From: a virus
Taxonomy: Duplodnaviria; Heunggongvirae; Uroviricota; Caudoviricetes
Reading direction: 5' to 3' (one strand)
Length of the DNA: 60,920 nt
IMG/VR virus record: IMGVR_UViG_2744054872_000005
A program made the translations under genes and the position numbers. The notes beneath the pieces are model-generated. The model saw only the letters and a program-made list of their open reading frames with translations. It did no database searches and was not told the DNA's origin. This document shows, in pieces, positions 31,149 through 43,224 of this stretch (position 1 is the stretch's first letter; every line of letters begins with the position of its first letter).

Positions 31149-31724
31149 CACTGAATGCGGTTACCAAAGTAAAACTCAGGCTGATATTCACGTATCAGCC
31201 TTTTTTCTTCTTCCTCCAGCTCACGCTTTTTGCGCTTACATGCCTGTAGCTCCCTCCCCTTCTCGCTGGCACTTATTTGATATTGCTCTTTACGGCGGGA
31301 AAAATCCTGTAATGCACCCCACGGGATACCATAAGCCCCCGTTTTTCTGATACCTGGTATCACATTTCTGAATACCCAGTTACTGAAACGATGGGCGAAC
31401 GTGCCAGGAGTAACAGCTTTCCGACTTCTGGCGATTAGTTTGTAGAACCCTGACTCGCATACCGTTCGCATTGTTTGATTTCCACCTGGGGTGGGTATTA
31501 CACTCCCCCTTTTCATCATCATCGAGACGGCGTAACGCAACCTTGTGATCAACAATTTCCAGCGCAGCGCACACGTCAACGGCAACAAACCACGGATCGC
31601 CGTTCACATACACCACGCGAACGCTCACACCATCAAAGCGCAGAACGACCAGATCACGAATATCACAGAATTTTTTCACTGGACGAGCGTACCCCTTGCC
31701 CGTCACGGCAATATTTTTATTCAT
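31148..31724 (-). pseudogene. Bro-N domain (antirepressor-like) gene interrupted by a +1 frameshift in a G5/C5 run
   Basis: ORFs 31380-31724 and 31148-31588 together read ...PWFVAVDVCAALE...DDDEKG // SVIPTPGGNQTMRTVCESGFYKLI...NVIPGIRKTGAY; frame change at ccccc 31504-31508. Confidence 0.65.
31178..31207 (+). terminator. rho-independent terminator (second of two)
   Basis: aggctgata-ttcacg-tatcagcct followed by ttttttt. Confidence 0.6.
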
Positions 31725-31778
31725 CGCGTTTTACCCTATAGACAAAAACCCCTCGTGATGAGGGGCGTTATTTACTGG

Positions 31779-32036
31779 TTATTGCTGTGTTGTTTTTCCA
31801 GGTTTCCATCCAGGATGCCACTCACCACGGATCCATGCCTGAACCTCTGAAAGTCGATACCCTGCAGCACGTTCACCGATCTTGATACGTCGCGGGAATT
31901 TACCTGCCTGCTCCATTTTCCAGCGTGTTGAGTTTGCCAGCGTGGTAAGTGCTATGCACTCTTTTTCACGAATGAACCGATCAATGTCCTTCATTGTGCG
32001 CAAATCGTTTTCATCAACAAGAGAATAAATTGCCAT
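31779..32036 (-). CDS. alpA: AlpA-family transcriptional regulator/excisionase
   Basis: 85 aa HTH ...GKFPRRIKIGERAAGYRLSEVQAWI; immediately downstream of int. Confidence 0.8.
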   Translation of the reverse strand: MAIYSLVDENDLRTMKDIDRFIREKECIALTTLANSTRWKMEQAGKFPRRIKIGERAAGYRLSEVQAWIRGEWHPGWKPGKTTQQ

Positions 32037-32037
32037 A

Positions 32038-33279
32038 TCACACCACCTCTTTATTAAGCTCGATAACGTTGTTGTTAAATCCTGCTATCGTATTAAGGTA
32101 ATTAACCCACATATTAAGCACCTCAAGTTTTTTCTTTATATGCCTGCTTTTATTGTAAACACCAGCAACCCCTTTCACTTTATGACCTAAAAGAAGTTCG
32201 ACAATATAAGGATCCGCCCCCATATCATTAAGCGTAGTGGAAAATGTGCGCCTGAAATCATGTATGCACCACAAGCCATTAGTATCATGACCAAGACGCC
32301 TGCATATTCTGTTTGCAGCCCCTGTTATTGTCGCCCTTTGCAAAGCACAACCGACAACATAACCGCGATTTTTTGTTTCTGCGTAAAGATTAACGATCCA
32401 TTGTTTTATTCCGTCAGGAACAGGCCTTACTATAGCCTCCTTGTTTTTGCTGTGCTCTTTTGGGACTGTCCATACCCAGTTTTTTAAATCCCATTCGTCC
32501 CAGGTGGATAGCCTCGCCTCCTGCTGTCGGCAACCAAACACCAGGCAGATAACCATTATTCTTCGGTTATATATTGATGACAGAGTTAGCAAATTATTAC
32601 CGTAAGCATAAGACCATACATCAGCGGTTTCATTGATATTAAGAACGCGATCCCTTATACCGGATGAGCGCCCGACATAACTTACGTTAATATCTCCAAA
32701 GGGATCGCACGCGATGTATTGCCTGACGCGACAAAAACGCAACGCCTGTTTGATATCAAGAAAAATTGCACCAGACATAACAGGCGCATTTTTTTTGATC
32801 CTGTCAAAGACGGTAAGCCATGTGTGTAATTTGCACTGTTCTATAGCCATATCACCGATATAGGGGAAGATATGCTTTTCAAATCGTTTTATTAAATATT
32901 CATGCTCTTTTCTGGCTGTTGTGGCGTGATTATCGTACCAGTAAAACAGCGCATCCCTTACGGTCACTGGTTGCATGGTTTTTTCGGCAGCAAGTTTTAT
33001 TTGCCTGCGTGGGTCCAGATTTTCAGCCAGCCATTCACGGCACTGATCACGCATGCGCCTGGCTGTTGCAAGAGACATATCAGGATAGCGCCCAAGTGTA
33101 AGCCATACCGGAGGGGATTCCCTGCCACCAAGACGATAGTAAAAAACAAAGCTGATCCCCCCAACCATGCTTACACGCACAGACAACCCGCGCCCATCCG
33201 CTATTGTTTTTTGTTTGTCCTGCCGTTTTCCGACAAGACTCTTTAACAGTTTGTCACTGAGTTTGTTTTCAATAGCCAT
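32038..33279 (-). CDS. int: tyrosine integrase (P4-type)
   Basis: 413 aa; N-terminal arm-binding-type domain and C-terminal catalytic region (HDFRRTF...LLGHK...Y); adjacent to the island right junction. Confidence 0.9.
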   Translation of the reverse strand: MAIENKLSDKLLKSLVGKRQDKQKTIADGRGLSVRVSMVGGISFVFYYRLGGRESPPVWLTLGRYPDMSLATARRMRDQCREWLAENLDPRRQIKLAAEKTMQPVTVRDALFYWYDNHATTARKEHEYLIKRFEKHIFPYIGDMAIEQCKLHTWLTVFDRIKKNAPVMSGAIFLDIKQALRFCRVRQYIACDPFGDINVSYVGRSSGIRDRVLNINETADVWSYAYGNNLLTLSSIYNRRIMVICLVFGCRQQEARLSTWDEWDLKNWVWTVPKEHSKNKEAIVRPVPDGIKQWIVNLYAETKNRGYVVGCALQRATITGAANRICRRLGHDTNGLWCIHDFRRTFSTTLNDMGADPYIVELLLGHKVKGVAGVYNKSRHIKKKLEVLNMWVNYLNTIAGFNNNVIELNKEVV

Positions 33280-33297
33280 TAAAAGCCCTCAAGAGAT

Positions 33298-33350
33298 TTG
33301 CAATACACACCCATCCCGATCGCCAATTTGCAATACACATTGCAATACAC
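33298..33350 (+). repeat. three direct copies of TGCAATACAC (candidate arm-type sites, int side)
   Basis: tTGCAATACACac ... tTGCAATACACat-TGCAATACACaa, between int and the junction. Confidence 0.6.
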
Positions 33351-33479
33351 AAAACCGCGAAAAACTGGAAGAGTGATGAACGGTCATCAAAAGTATGGAA
33401 AACGACATTCCAGACGCAGCAAGGGTTTCAGTGGAGTTGGCGAACGATGCGGGCAACTACGGTGAGATGATAGACATAA

Positions 33480-36408
<2,929 letters not shown>

Positions 36409-36434
<26 letters not shown>

Positions 36435-36954
36435 TCAGCAACCCCGGTATCAGTTCATCCAGCGCGGCTGCTTTGTTCATGGCTTTGATGATATCCCGTT
36501 TCAGGAAATCAACATGTCGGTTTTCCAGTTCCGGAAAACGCCGCTGCACCGACAGGGGGATCCCGTCGAGAATACTGGCAATTTCACCTGCGATCCGCGA
36601 CAGCACGAAAGTACAGAATGCGGTTTCCACCACTTCAGCGGAGTCTCTGGCATTTTTTAGCTCCTGTGCGTCGGCCTGCGCACGCGTAAGTCGATGGCGT
36701 TCGTACTCAATAGTCCCTGGCTGGAGATCTGTCTCGCTGGCCTGCAGCAGTTCTTCAACTTCCCGGCGCAGCTTTTCGTTCTCAATTTCAGCATCCCTTT
36801 CGGCATACCATTTTATGACGGCGGCAGAATCATAAAGCACCTCATTACCCTTGCCACCGCCTCGCAGAACGGGCATTCCCTGCTCCTGCCAGTTCTGAAT
36901 GGTACGGATGCTCGCGCCGAAAATGTCAGCCAGCTGCTTTTTGTTGACTTCCAT
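36409..36954 (-). CDS. Nu1: terminase small subunit Nu1
   Basis: 181 aa, MEVNKKQLADIFGASIRTIQNWQEQGMPV... as lambda Nu1. Confidence 0.97.
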
Positions 36955-37109
36955 TGTTCATTCCACGGACAAAAACAGAGAAAGGAAACGACAGAGGCCA
37001 AAAAACCCGTTTTCAGCATCTGTCGTTTCCTTTCTTTTCAGGTGGTGTTTTAAATAAAAACATTAAGTTACGGCGAAGAAGAACGGAAACGCCTTAAACC
37101 GGAAAATTT

Positions 37110-37175
37110 TCATAAATAGCGAAAACCCGCGAGGTCGCCGCCCCGTAACCTGTCGGATCGCCGGAAAGGACCCGC
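37110..37175 (-). other. helper prophage cos region (cosN GGGCGGCGACCT at 37132-37143, minus strand), cosB toward Nu1
   Basis: Matches the lambda cohesive-end sequence and flanks by recall; 178 nt upstream of Nu1. Confidence 0.9.
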
Positions 37176-37342
37176 AAAATGATAATAATTATCATCTACA
37201 TGTCACAACGTGCATCTACGCCATCAAACCACGTCAAATAATCAATTATGACGCAGGTATCGTATTAATTGATCTGCATCAACTTAACGTAAAAACAACT
37301 TCAGACAATACAAATCAGTGACACTGAATACAGGGCAACCTC

Positions 37343-37537
37343 ATGTCAACGAAGAACAGAACCCGCAGAACAACAACCCGCAACATCCGCTTTCCTAACC
37401 CAATGATTGAACAAATTAACATCGCTCTTGATCAAAAAGGGTCTGGGAATTTCTCAGCCTGGGTCATTGAAGCCTGCCGTCGGAGACTAACGTCAGAAAA
37501 GAGAGCATATACATCAATCCAAAGTGATGATGAATAA
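37343..37537 (+). CDS. ylcI: DUF3950 family protein (YlcI-like)
   Basis: 64 aa MSTKNRTRRTTTRNIRFPNPMIEQINIALDQKGSGNFSAWVIEACRRRL, as in DLP12/lambdoid ylcI by recall. Confidence 0.7.
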   Translation: MSTKNRTRRTTTRNIRFPNPMIEQINIALDQKGSGNFSAWVIEACRRRLTSEKRAYTSIQSDDE

Positions 37538-37899
37538 ACATCCCGGTTTCTTCCACCATCGCACCGGAAAAGCAACTATGAGGGTAACCCTGCGTCTGTC
37601 AGCACAGTAAAACCCGGTGTGCATCGTTTTTGATTATTCCCGCACACTCACGCAGAAGGAATTCCCCGTCGGGCTACGGTCATGGTTCATGCGGGAATAC
37701 GGCGACGATACAGCGCAGCTAAAAGGGTAATAGACAGAAAGAGCGGTTTATTTCATTCCACAGGATTCTGAGTGTCCCCAACTTCCTCCAATAGTCTGAG
37801 CGTACACCTATATAGTTTTAATTTTCATCAATCCATTTAACTATCGTTTAATTGTTGTCACATAGGATTCCGCCGTTTTTAACAATGCAGGATAATAAG

Positions 37900-38193
37900 A
37901 TGAAAAAAATGTTGTTTTCTGCCGCTCTGGCAATGCTTATTACAGGATGTGCTCAACAGACGTTTACTGTTGGAAACAAACCGACAGCAGTAACACCAAA
38001 GGAAACCATCACCCATCACTTCTTCGTTTCGGGAATTGGACAGGAGAAAACTGTTGATGCAGCCAAAATTTGTGGCGGCGCAGAAAATGTTGTTAAAACA
38101 GAAACCCAGCAAACATTCGTAAATGGATTGCTCGGTTTTATTACTTTAGGCATTTATACTCCGCTGGAAGCGCGTGTGTATTGCTCACAATAA
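37900..38193 (+). CDS. bor: Bor lipoprotein (serum-resistance associated)
   Basis: MKKMLFSAALAMLITGCAQQ lipoprotein signal; lambda Bor-like; opposite strand to Rz as in lambda. Confidence 0.9.
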   Translation: MKKMLFSAALAMLITGCAQQTFTVGNKPTAVTPKETITHHFFVSGIGQEKTVDAAKICGGAENVVKTETQQTFVNGLLGFITLGIYTPLEARVYCSQ

Positions 38194-38224
38194 TTGCATG
38201 AGTTGCCCATCGATATGGGCAGCT

Positions 38225-38686
38225 CTATCTGCACTGCTCATTAATATACTTCTGGGTTCCTTCCAGTTGTTTTTGCATAGTGATCAGCCTCTCTCTGAGG
38301 GTGAAATAATCCCGTTCAGCGGTGTCTGCCAGTCGGGGGGAGGCTGCATTATCCACGCCGGAGGCGGTGGTGGCTTCACGCACTGACTGACAGACTGCTT
38401 TGATGTGCAACCGACGACGACCAGCGGCAACATCATCACGCAGAGCATCATTTTCAGCTTTCGCATTAGCTAACTCCTTCGTGTATTTTTCATCCAGTGC
38501 AGCAACATCACGCTGGCGCATCTGCATGTCAGTAATTGCCGCGTTCGCCAGCTTCAGTTCTCTGGCATTTTTGTCGCGCTGGGCTTTGTAGGTAATGGCG
38601 TTATCACGGTAATGATTAACAGCCCATGACAGGCAGACGATGATGCAGATAACCAGAGCGGAGATAATCGCGGTTACTCTGTTCAT
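38225..38686 (-). CDS. Rz: i-spanin Rz
   Basis: Near-identical to lambda Rz from [18 protein letters not shown]. Confidence 0.95.
   Translation of the reverse strand: MNRVTAIISALVICIIVCLSWAVNHYRDNAITYKAQRDKNARELKLANAAITDMQMRQRDVAALDEKYTKELANAKAENDALRDDVAAGRRRLHIKAVCQSVREATTASGVDNAASPRLADTAERDYFTLRERLITMQKQLEGTQKYINEQCR
38284..38466 (-). CDS. Rz1: o-spanin Rz1 (embedded in Rz, +1 frame)
   Basis: [24 protein letters not shown]...[29 protein letters not shown], lambda Rz1-like lipoprotein. Confidence 0.95.
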   Translation of the reverse strand: MRKLKMMLCVMMLPLVVVGCTSKQSVSQCVKPPPPPAWIMQPPPDWQTPLNGIISPSERG

Positions 38687-39180
38687 TGCTGACCCCACAA
38701 ACAGATTTCACGCTCAATCTCACGACGAGTCATGAGACCTTTCCATTGCTTACCGCCAGCATATGTCCAGCGACGTAGCTGATCACATGCGCCTTTGATA
38801 TCGCCCTGGTTTATTTTGCGAAGAAGCGTCGATGTTCTGAAATTGCCAGCGCCCACGTTGTAAACGAACGAGTAAAGAGCGCCGCGCGTTGTTTCCGGTA
38901 TATCAACTTTGATGTACGGGTTAATTTGTCTGGCGACCGTGGCAAGGTCTTTATTCAGGAGGGCTTTGCATTCTGCTTTGGTATACGTTTTACCGAGCAT
39001 GATGTCTTTTCCTGTATGCCCGTGACATACAGTCCATACACCAACAATATCTTTGTATGGTATGTAGCTGACACCTTCCAGACCATCGTTACCACTTGGG
39101 CCAGTAATTAACACTGATGCTATAGCAATTGCTCCGCCACCAATAGCAGCAGCAACGGCTTTTCGTAATGATGGAGGCAT
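38683..39180 (-). CDS. R: SAR endolysin (phage 21 R-type lysozyme)
   Basis: 165 aa with N-terminal Gly/Ala-rich SAR domain; matches phage 21/DLP12 lysozyme by recall. Confidence 0.9.
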   Translation of the reverse strand: MPPSLRKAVAAAIGGGAIAIASVLITGPSGNDGLEGVSYIPYKDIVGVWTVCHGHTGKDIMLGKTYTKAECKALLNKDLATVARQINPYIKVDIPETTRGALYSFVYNVGAGNFRTSTLLRKINQGDIKGACDQLRRWTYAGGKQWKGLMTRREIEREICLWGQQ

Positions 39181-39395
39181 TATTCACCTCTCGCAGCCTT
39201 GCGCTTATCTTCTTTAATCTTGAAATAAAGGTTTGTCAGGTACGTCAGCAGGCCAAATACCAGGCTACCCAGCACACCTATTGCTGCCCACTGTGAGGGC
39301 GTGACTTTATCGAGCAGCTGTAAAAACCAGTAGCCAGCACTGCCTGCGGAGGTGCCGTAGGCAATGCCTGTTGAAATTTTGTCCATGGATTTCAT
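39180..39395 (-). CDS. S: pinholin S (phage 21 S-type, dual start)
   Basis: [26 protein letters not shown]... two TMDs; the listed ORF is longer upstream. Confidence 0.85.
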   Translation of the reverse strand: MKSMDKISTGIAYGTSAGSAGYWFLQLLDKVTPSQWAAIGVLGSLVFGLLTYLTNLYFKIKEDKRKAARGE

Positions 39396-39496
39396 AGCCT
39401 CACCTCCGCACGGAACGGATGGCATAGTTATTATGTGTAGGCTTTCAGACACATCAATCAGAGCCTTAATTGATATATATGCTGGAGACGATGCAA

Positions 39497-39521
39497 TATA
39501 AAAAGCTCGCCATAGCGAGCT
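39497..39521 (-). terminator. rho-independent terminator between the lipoprotein moron and S
   Basis: agctcgc-cata-gcgagct followed by a T-run on the minus strand. Confidence 0.5.
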
Positions 39522-39646
39522 AATAAAATGTATTTCTCTGATATTATGTTTATTTGTATTAGCTCAGACTTGACATCACAGGTTTCGTATATAGAACATC
39601 ATCAAATCTGTCAGTTTGCTATGAATGAGATATAGTAATTGAAGAG

Positions 39647-40042
39647 CTAACCTCGCATGTCAAAGCCAGATTTCTGAAAATCTCTGTAGACTTCCGGATT
39701 GTTGAAGGCCGGAAATTTGGCTTTATGAGCTGCGGACTTTATCGCTTCGCAATAGGCTTTATCACCGTTACTGGTAGATATTTTTAACGCCGTGCCATCC
39801 TGAGAGAATTCCATATGCAACCTGCATTTTTTCCCTTTCCAGTTATGCGGCTCATCAAGTTTGGCATTAATTGCAGCTCTGATTCCCCGCGCTTGCGCCC
39901 CCCATTCATCCTGATCATCCCAGCGTCCTGAACTGCAACTACCTGTAGCAGTAGTTTTGTGGCAATCTGAAGGGTGTAAAGGTGTGCATCCCGCAACAAA
40001 ACCGACCCAAAAAGTCAACATAACGATTTTCTTTAATCCCAC
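39647..40042 (-). CDS. lipoprotein with TolA C-terminal (domain III)-like domain, paralogue 1
   Basis: Lipobox VAGC; C-terminal region resembles TolA domain III (KKCRLHMEFSQDGTALKISTSNGDKAYCEAIKSA...PEVYRDF). Confidence 0.6.
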   Translation of the reverse strand: MGLKKIVMLTFWVGFVAGCTPLHPSDCHKTTATGSCSSGRWDDQDEWGAQARGIRAAINAKLDEPHNWKGKKCRLHMEFSQDGTALKISTSNGDKAYCEAIKSAAHKAKFPAFNNPEVYRDFQKSGFDMRG

Positions 40043-40192
40043 TTCTTGCTCCTCAATCCATTAAAATCTCAGCAATAGTAGTTGTTACGTCCGCCACTGG
40101 CTCAGAGCTGACTATCCGCTAAATTTAGCTCAGTGCCGTAGCTGTGTCAGAACAAACCTAAGCCGAAACCGTTTATTACAAAACAATAAATA

Positions 40193-40621
40193 TCAGGGTT
40201 TAAAATCCAGCACCCCATTTTGAAATACTTTATATACTTCCGGCGAAGGGGGGGCAGGTATATCAGCATTCTTTATCGCATTCATCGCTTCACGACATAA
40301 ATCGAGGTCTCCACTTTCTCTTTTAACCTCCAGTAGAAGGCCATTCGGGGCCATATGCATTCTCAGTGTACACTCTTTTCCTGAATACTTACTCGCATCC
40401 CCGAACTGTTTTTCGATGGCGCTCTTGATTTGATGGGCATACAGACGGATATTCTCACTAACATCAGAAGTACGTTCAGATGAACTCACATACTGTGTCT
40501 CTATTGCTTTATCGGAGTAATATGATGTACGGTCATGATAATTTGTCGATACAGCATCAGTGCACCCGATAATAATCCCACTAATAATCAACGTAAGAAT
40601 TGATGCGCTACGAAAACCCAT
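40193..40621 (-). CDS. lipoprotein with TolA C-terminal (domain III)-like domain, paralogue 2
   Basis: Lipobox IIGC; YAHQIKSAIEKQFGDASKYSGKECTLRMHMAPNGLLLEVKRESGDLDLCREAMNAIKNADIPAPPSPEVYKVFQNGVLDFKP closely matches recalled E. coli TolA C-terminus. Confidence 0.7.
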   Translation of the reverse strand: MGFRSASILTLIISGIIIGCTDAVSTNYHDRTSYYSDKAIETQYVSSSERTSDVSENIRLYAHQIKSAIEKQFGDASKYSGKECTLRMHMAPNGLLLEVKRESGDLDLCREAMNAIKNADIPAPPSPEVYKVFQNGVLDFKP

Positions 40622-41154
40622 TTTTCCTCACATATGTCATATAGTAAAGGATTATATATACCGTTGTTTTGGACGCTCAAACAGCGAATCAGATCAAATA
40701 AAACGCACATTTGTTAACATTTACACAAAGTCTGCGTGGGATATTCTGAAAGAATATCCATAATGTGGAGAGAATCTATTGAAGTGCATGGTGCCGGGTG
40801 CCTCCCGGTGAATTCAGTACCAGCACCTGAATCCGCGATTATCCCATATACCTACTCGCTGATTGCCCCTCCGCACAGGGGGATTCACCATGCCAGTTTC
40901 TTTTAACAAACTCCCCGCAAACCAGAGAACAGTCAACCGCCTGAATTGTGAAGTATTTAAAAATTTCTCCCGCTAACTGATACCCGGCTAACAGTCTGGC
41001 GTTTTCTTTTTCAGCAACGGGAAAGCAACAACCACCACACCCGCCACCAGCACACCGTCAGCCAGCACTGACATTATCCGGCTGCTGCAATGCCATTCAC
41101 AAAAACAGTAAGCAATCACTTTTTACCGTAACAGGTGATAATCCAGATATGTAT

Positions 41155-41508
41155 CTACCCCAGATGAGTAATCCGAAGTTCATCCATACCACAGGTCCTG
41201 GCTATTCTGTTGTACTCCTGAACAAGAGCAAATAATTCTGAATTAGCAACCATGAACTCATCGCAAACCCTCTGTATAGCATCACTATTCAGAAGAATAA
41301 CGTCTCTTCCCGAAAGACGATCAGGAGTACAGAACAAAACTGTCAAACGGCTGAAGGCCTTTGCTCGTGCTGCATTGACTATATCAATACGCTGCCTAAG
41401 GATGAAACACCCCGACGCCTCATCAATATTCACTCTACCCACACCATATGAATGATAAATATTTAATGCTGAAAAAACCATTAGACCGTATAACAAACAC
41501 TCAATCAA
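41155..41508 (-). CDS. hypothetical protein (117 aa) in moron slot
   Basis: ORF between the tRNAs and the lipoprotein genes; no recognisable domain. Confidence 0.35.
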   Translation of the reverse strand: MIECLLYGLMVFSALNIYHSYGVGRVNIDEASGCFILRQRIDIVNAARAKAFSRLTVLFCTPDRLSGRDVILLNSDAIQRVCDEFMVANSELFALVQEYNRIARTCGMDELRITHLG

Positions 41509-41618
41509 TACTTAACAGAACTTTTATTTTTGACAAACATATAATATTTTCAACAATATCCTGAGCCAGGTATATTCCAGTATAAGGCTCTGCCGGAAGG
41601 AATCTGGAAGAATGAATA

Positions 41619-41695
41619 TGGCGCGCTGTACTGGATTCGAACCAGTAACCGATTGCTTAGAAGGCAATTGCTCTGTCCGGCTGAGCTAACAACGC
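41619..41695 (-). tRNA. tRNA-Arg (anticodon UCU)
   Basis: 77 nt; clover-leaf drawn by hand: acceptor GCGTTGT/ACAGCGC, anticodon loop CTTCTAA, T-loop GGTTCGAATCC, 3' GCCA. Confidence 0.8.
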
Positions 41696-41800
41696 TGAAT
41701 ACCGATAATGGACCGCTATCGGGGACCCGCCCCCCCCCCGCACCAACAACCCTGTTATCGTGTCGTCTGCTCTTCCTGATAAGCTCATGGCGGTTTGTGA

Positions 41801-41876
41801 TGGTGGCCCTTGCTGGATTTGAACCAGCGACCTGGCGATTATGAGTCGCTCGCTCTCACCACTGAGCTAAAGGGCC
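41801..41876 (-). tRNA. tRNA-Ile2 (anticodon CAU, ileX/ileZ-like)
   Basis: 76 nt GGCCCTTTAGCTCAGTGGTGAGAGCGAGCGACTCATAATCGCCAGGTCGCTGGTTCAAATCCAGCAAGGGCCACCA; close to recalled E. coli ileX. Confidence 0.8.
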
Positions 41877-41912
41877 GGGAGCAGAATAATAACGGTCCGT
41901 AATTAATTCCGC

Positions 41913-41940
41913 AATAAAAAACCCGCTCGGCGGCGGGTTG
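41913..41940 (-). terminator. candidate tR' terminator downstream of Q
   Basis: GC-rich hairpin acccgc...gcgggt followed by a T-run on the minus strand, about 80 nt past the Q stop. Confidence 0.5.
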
Positions 41941-42019
41941 TAGAAACTCTTCTAACGTCAGGCATAAAAAGCCCATCGTTATGATGAATTTACCACAGAT
42001 TTCGGAAAAATCAACCTTG

Positions 42020-42841
42020 TTACCTAGTTACCTTTTTTAACTGCCGCTCAGCCCATCCTTCTTCAATATCAAACCGGGTCACCAGCGCATCATAGAATTT
42101 CTTAACTGTTTTTTCCCATGACGCGCGTGTTATCTGGTTTGTCACCTCGCATATAGCATTAAATGCCTCCGTTGATGGTAGTCTTTCATAGCCACGACCA
42201 CCACAACGCTGGCAGTCTCTGATAACAGGCATACCACGTTTTACCGACTCTTCACGGTGAATGGCGACACCACGCCCACGGCAATCCTTACAGGCGGTGG
42301 AAACCTCACCCTTTCCGCCACACTCCGGACAGGCAACTTTTACCACCTCCCTGACTTTTTTCCATTCTTCCCAGTAAGACGGATACACACCTTTCGTACA
42401 CTTTGCCCATACCGGCGGCTTACCATCCGGATACTGGACCTTGTTTGTAAAAACTACGCTTTCAATAAATTTTTCCCCATAGCAACAAGGGCACTGCTTT
42501 TTACTCGCTGCGCTGCGGGCATAATCCTCAAAAGCGTACGAAGCCATAATGCGCATCACTACCGGTTTTATTTCTGCCGGAAGTTTTCTCAACGCCGCCA
42601 CACGATCGCACCGACTGAGTGCATAATCTGCCAGTAATTCTGTTGCCCGCGCCCTGTCATTCATACTGATGCCCATTTTCCCCAGGAACGCAGAAAACCC
42701 CATCTCAGCCCGATTCTGTGTCATGCCCTGCGCGGCCATCACATCAGTGATACTCAGCGCATCTTTTGACGTTGAGGCCGATGCATCGGTCAGGCAAGGG
42801 GATTTTGGGGAGTAGTATTTCGGTAAATCTTCCAGTTTCAT
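42020..42841 (-). CDS. antitermination protein Q (Qin QuuQ-like, zinc-binding)
   Basis: 273 aa with several CxxC pairs; position upstream of tRNAs and lysis genes; resembles Qin-type Q by recall. Confidence 0.65.
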   Translation of the reverse strand: MKLEDLPKYYSPKSPCLTDASASTSKDALSITDVMAAQGMTQNRAEMGFSAFLGKMGISMNDRARATELLADYALSRCDRVAALRKLPAEIKPVVMRIMASYAFEDYARSAASKKQCPCCYGEKFIESVVFTNKVQYPDGKPPVWAKCTKGVYPSYWEEWKKVREVVKVACPECGGKGEVSTACKDCRGRGVAIHREESVKRGMPVIRDCQRCGGRGYERLPSTEAFNAICEVTNQITRASWEKTVKKFYDALVTRFDIEEGWAERQLKKVTR

Positions 42842-43215
42842 TTTTTGACCTGCTCTTCATGCATTATGGGGTAAATCTTCACCCCCAGACGTCCACCAGA
42901 TACTGGCTGACCACGAACGATATTGATTTCATCAAACTGCTCATCGTCCATTAACACTCCCGCATGCGTCAGCGCATCCAGCGGTGCTTTCAGGATATTG
43001 TCCAGGTCGCGACGACGCTTATCCGGTGGCTCTGCAATCACCTTTATCGCCAGCCTTCCGGACAGGCTTAATTTCAGCCGCTGCTGGCGAACAATAAGCG
43101 CCACAGCCCGGCGATAACGCTTTCCCTCCTCCGAGATAAAATATGTGCTGCCACGGCGTCGCCAGTAAGTGTTCACCGTCGGCGGGTAAGGTAAAACCAA
43201 ATCTATGAGCATCAC
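42838..43215 (-). CDS. rusA: Holliday junction resolvase RusA
   Basis: 125 aa with RusA motif DKRRRDLDN. Confidence 0.85.
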   Translation of the reverse strand: MMLIDLVLPYPPTVNTYWRRRGSTYFISEEGKRYRRAVALIVRQQRLKLSLSGRLAIKVIAEPPDKRRRDLDNILKAPLDALTHAGVLMDDEQFDEINIVRGQPVSGGRLGVKIYPIMHEEQVKK

Positions 43216-43224
43216 TCACCTCTT

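Larger units (their letters stand above)
22664..33479 (-). mobile_element. integrated satellite-like island (PICI/P4-like), about 10.8 kb, inside the portal gene
   Basis: Bounded by the 8-bp direct repeats; contains a P4-type integrase, AlpA, primase, iteron origin, SSB, capsid and decoration homologues, cos and a Nu1-like TerS. Confidence 0.85.

Noticed and set aside
30112-31191. 359-aa minus-strand ORF spanning the island divergent promoter region
   Set aside because: It overlaps the plus-strand DUF3950-like gene and the operator region and runs through two terminator hairpins; Ser/Cys/Leu-rich low-complexity protein; interpreted as an antisense artefact.
33428-33479. Last 17 codons of the portal 5' fragment ORF
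   Set aside because: This tail (IYVYHLTVVARIVRQLH) is read from island DNA beyond the junction and is a by-product of the insertion, not portal sequence.
22664-33479. Classification of the island as a classical P4 satellite
   Set aside because: No Sid, Psu or Delta homologues were recognised and the primase is shorter than P4 alpha; the island instead encodes capsid, decoration and TerS homologues, so it is described generically as PICI/P4-like.
41696-41800. Possible third tRNA between the two tRNA genes
   Set aside because: No acceptor stem or T-loop could be drawn; the segment contains a poly-C run and appears to be spacer.
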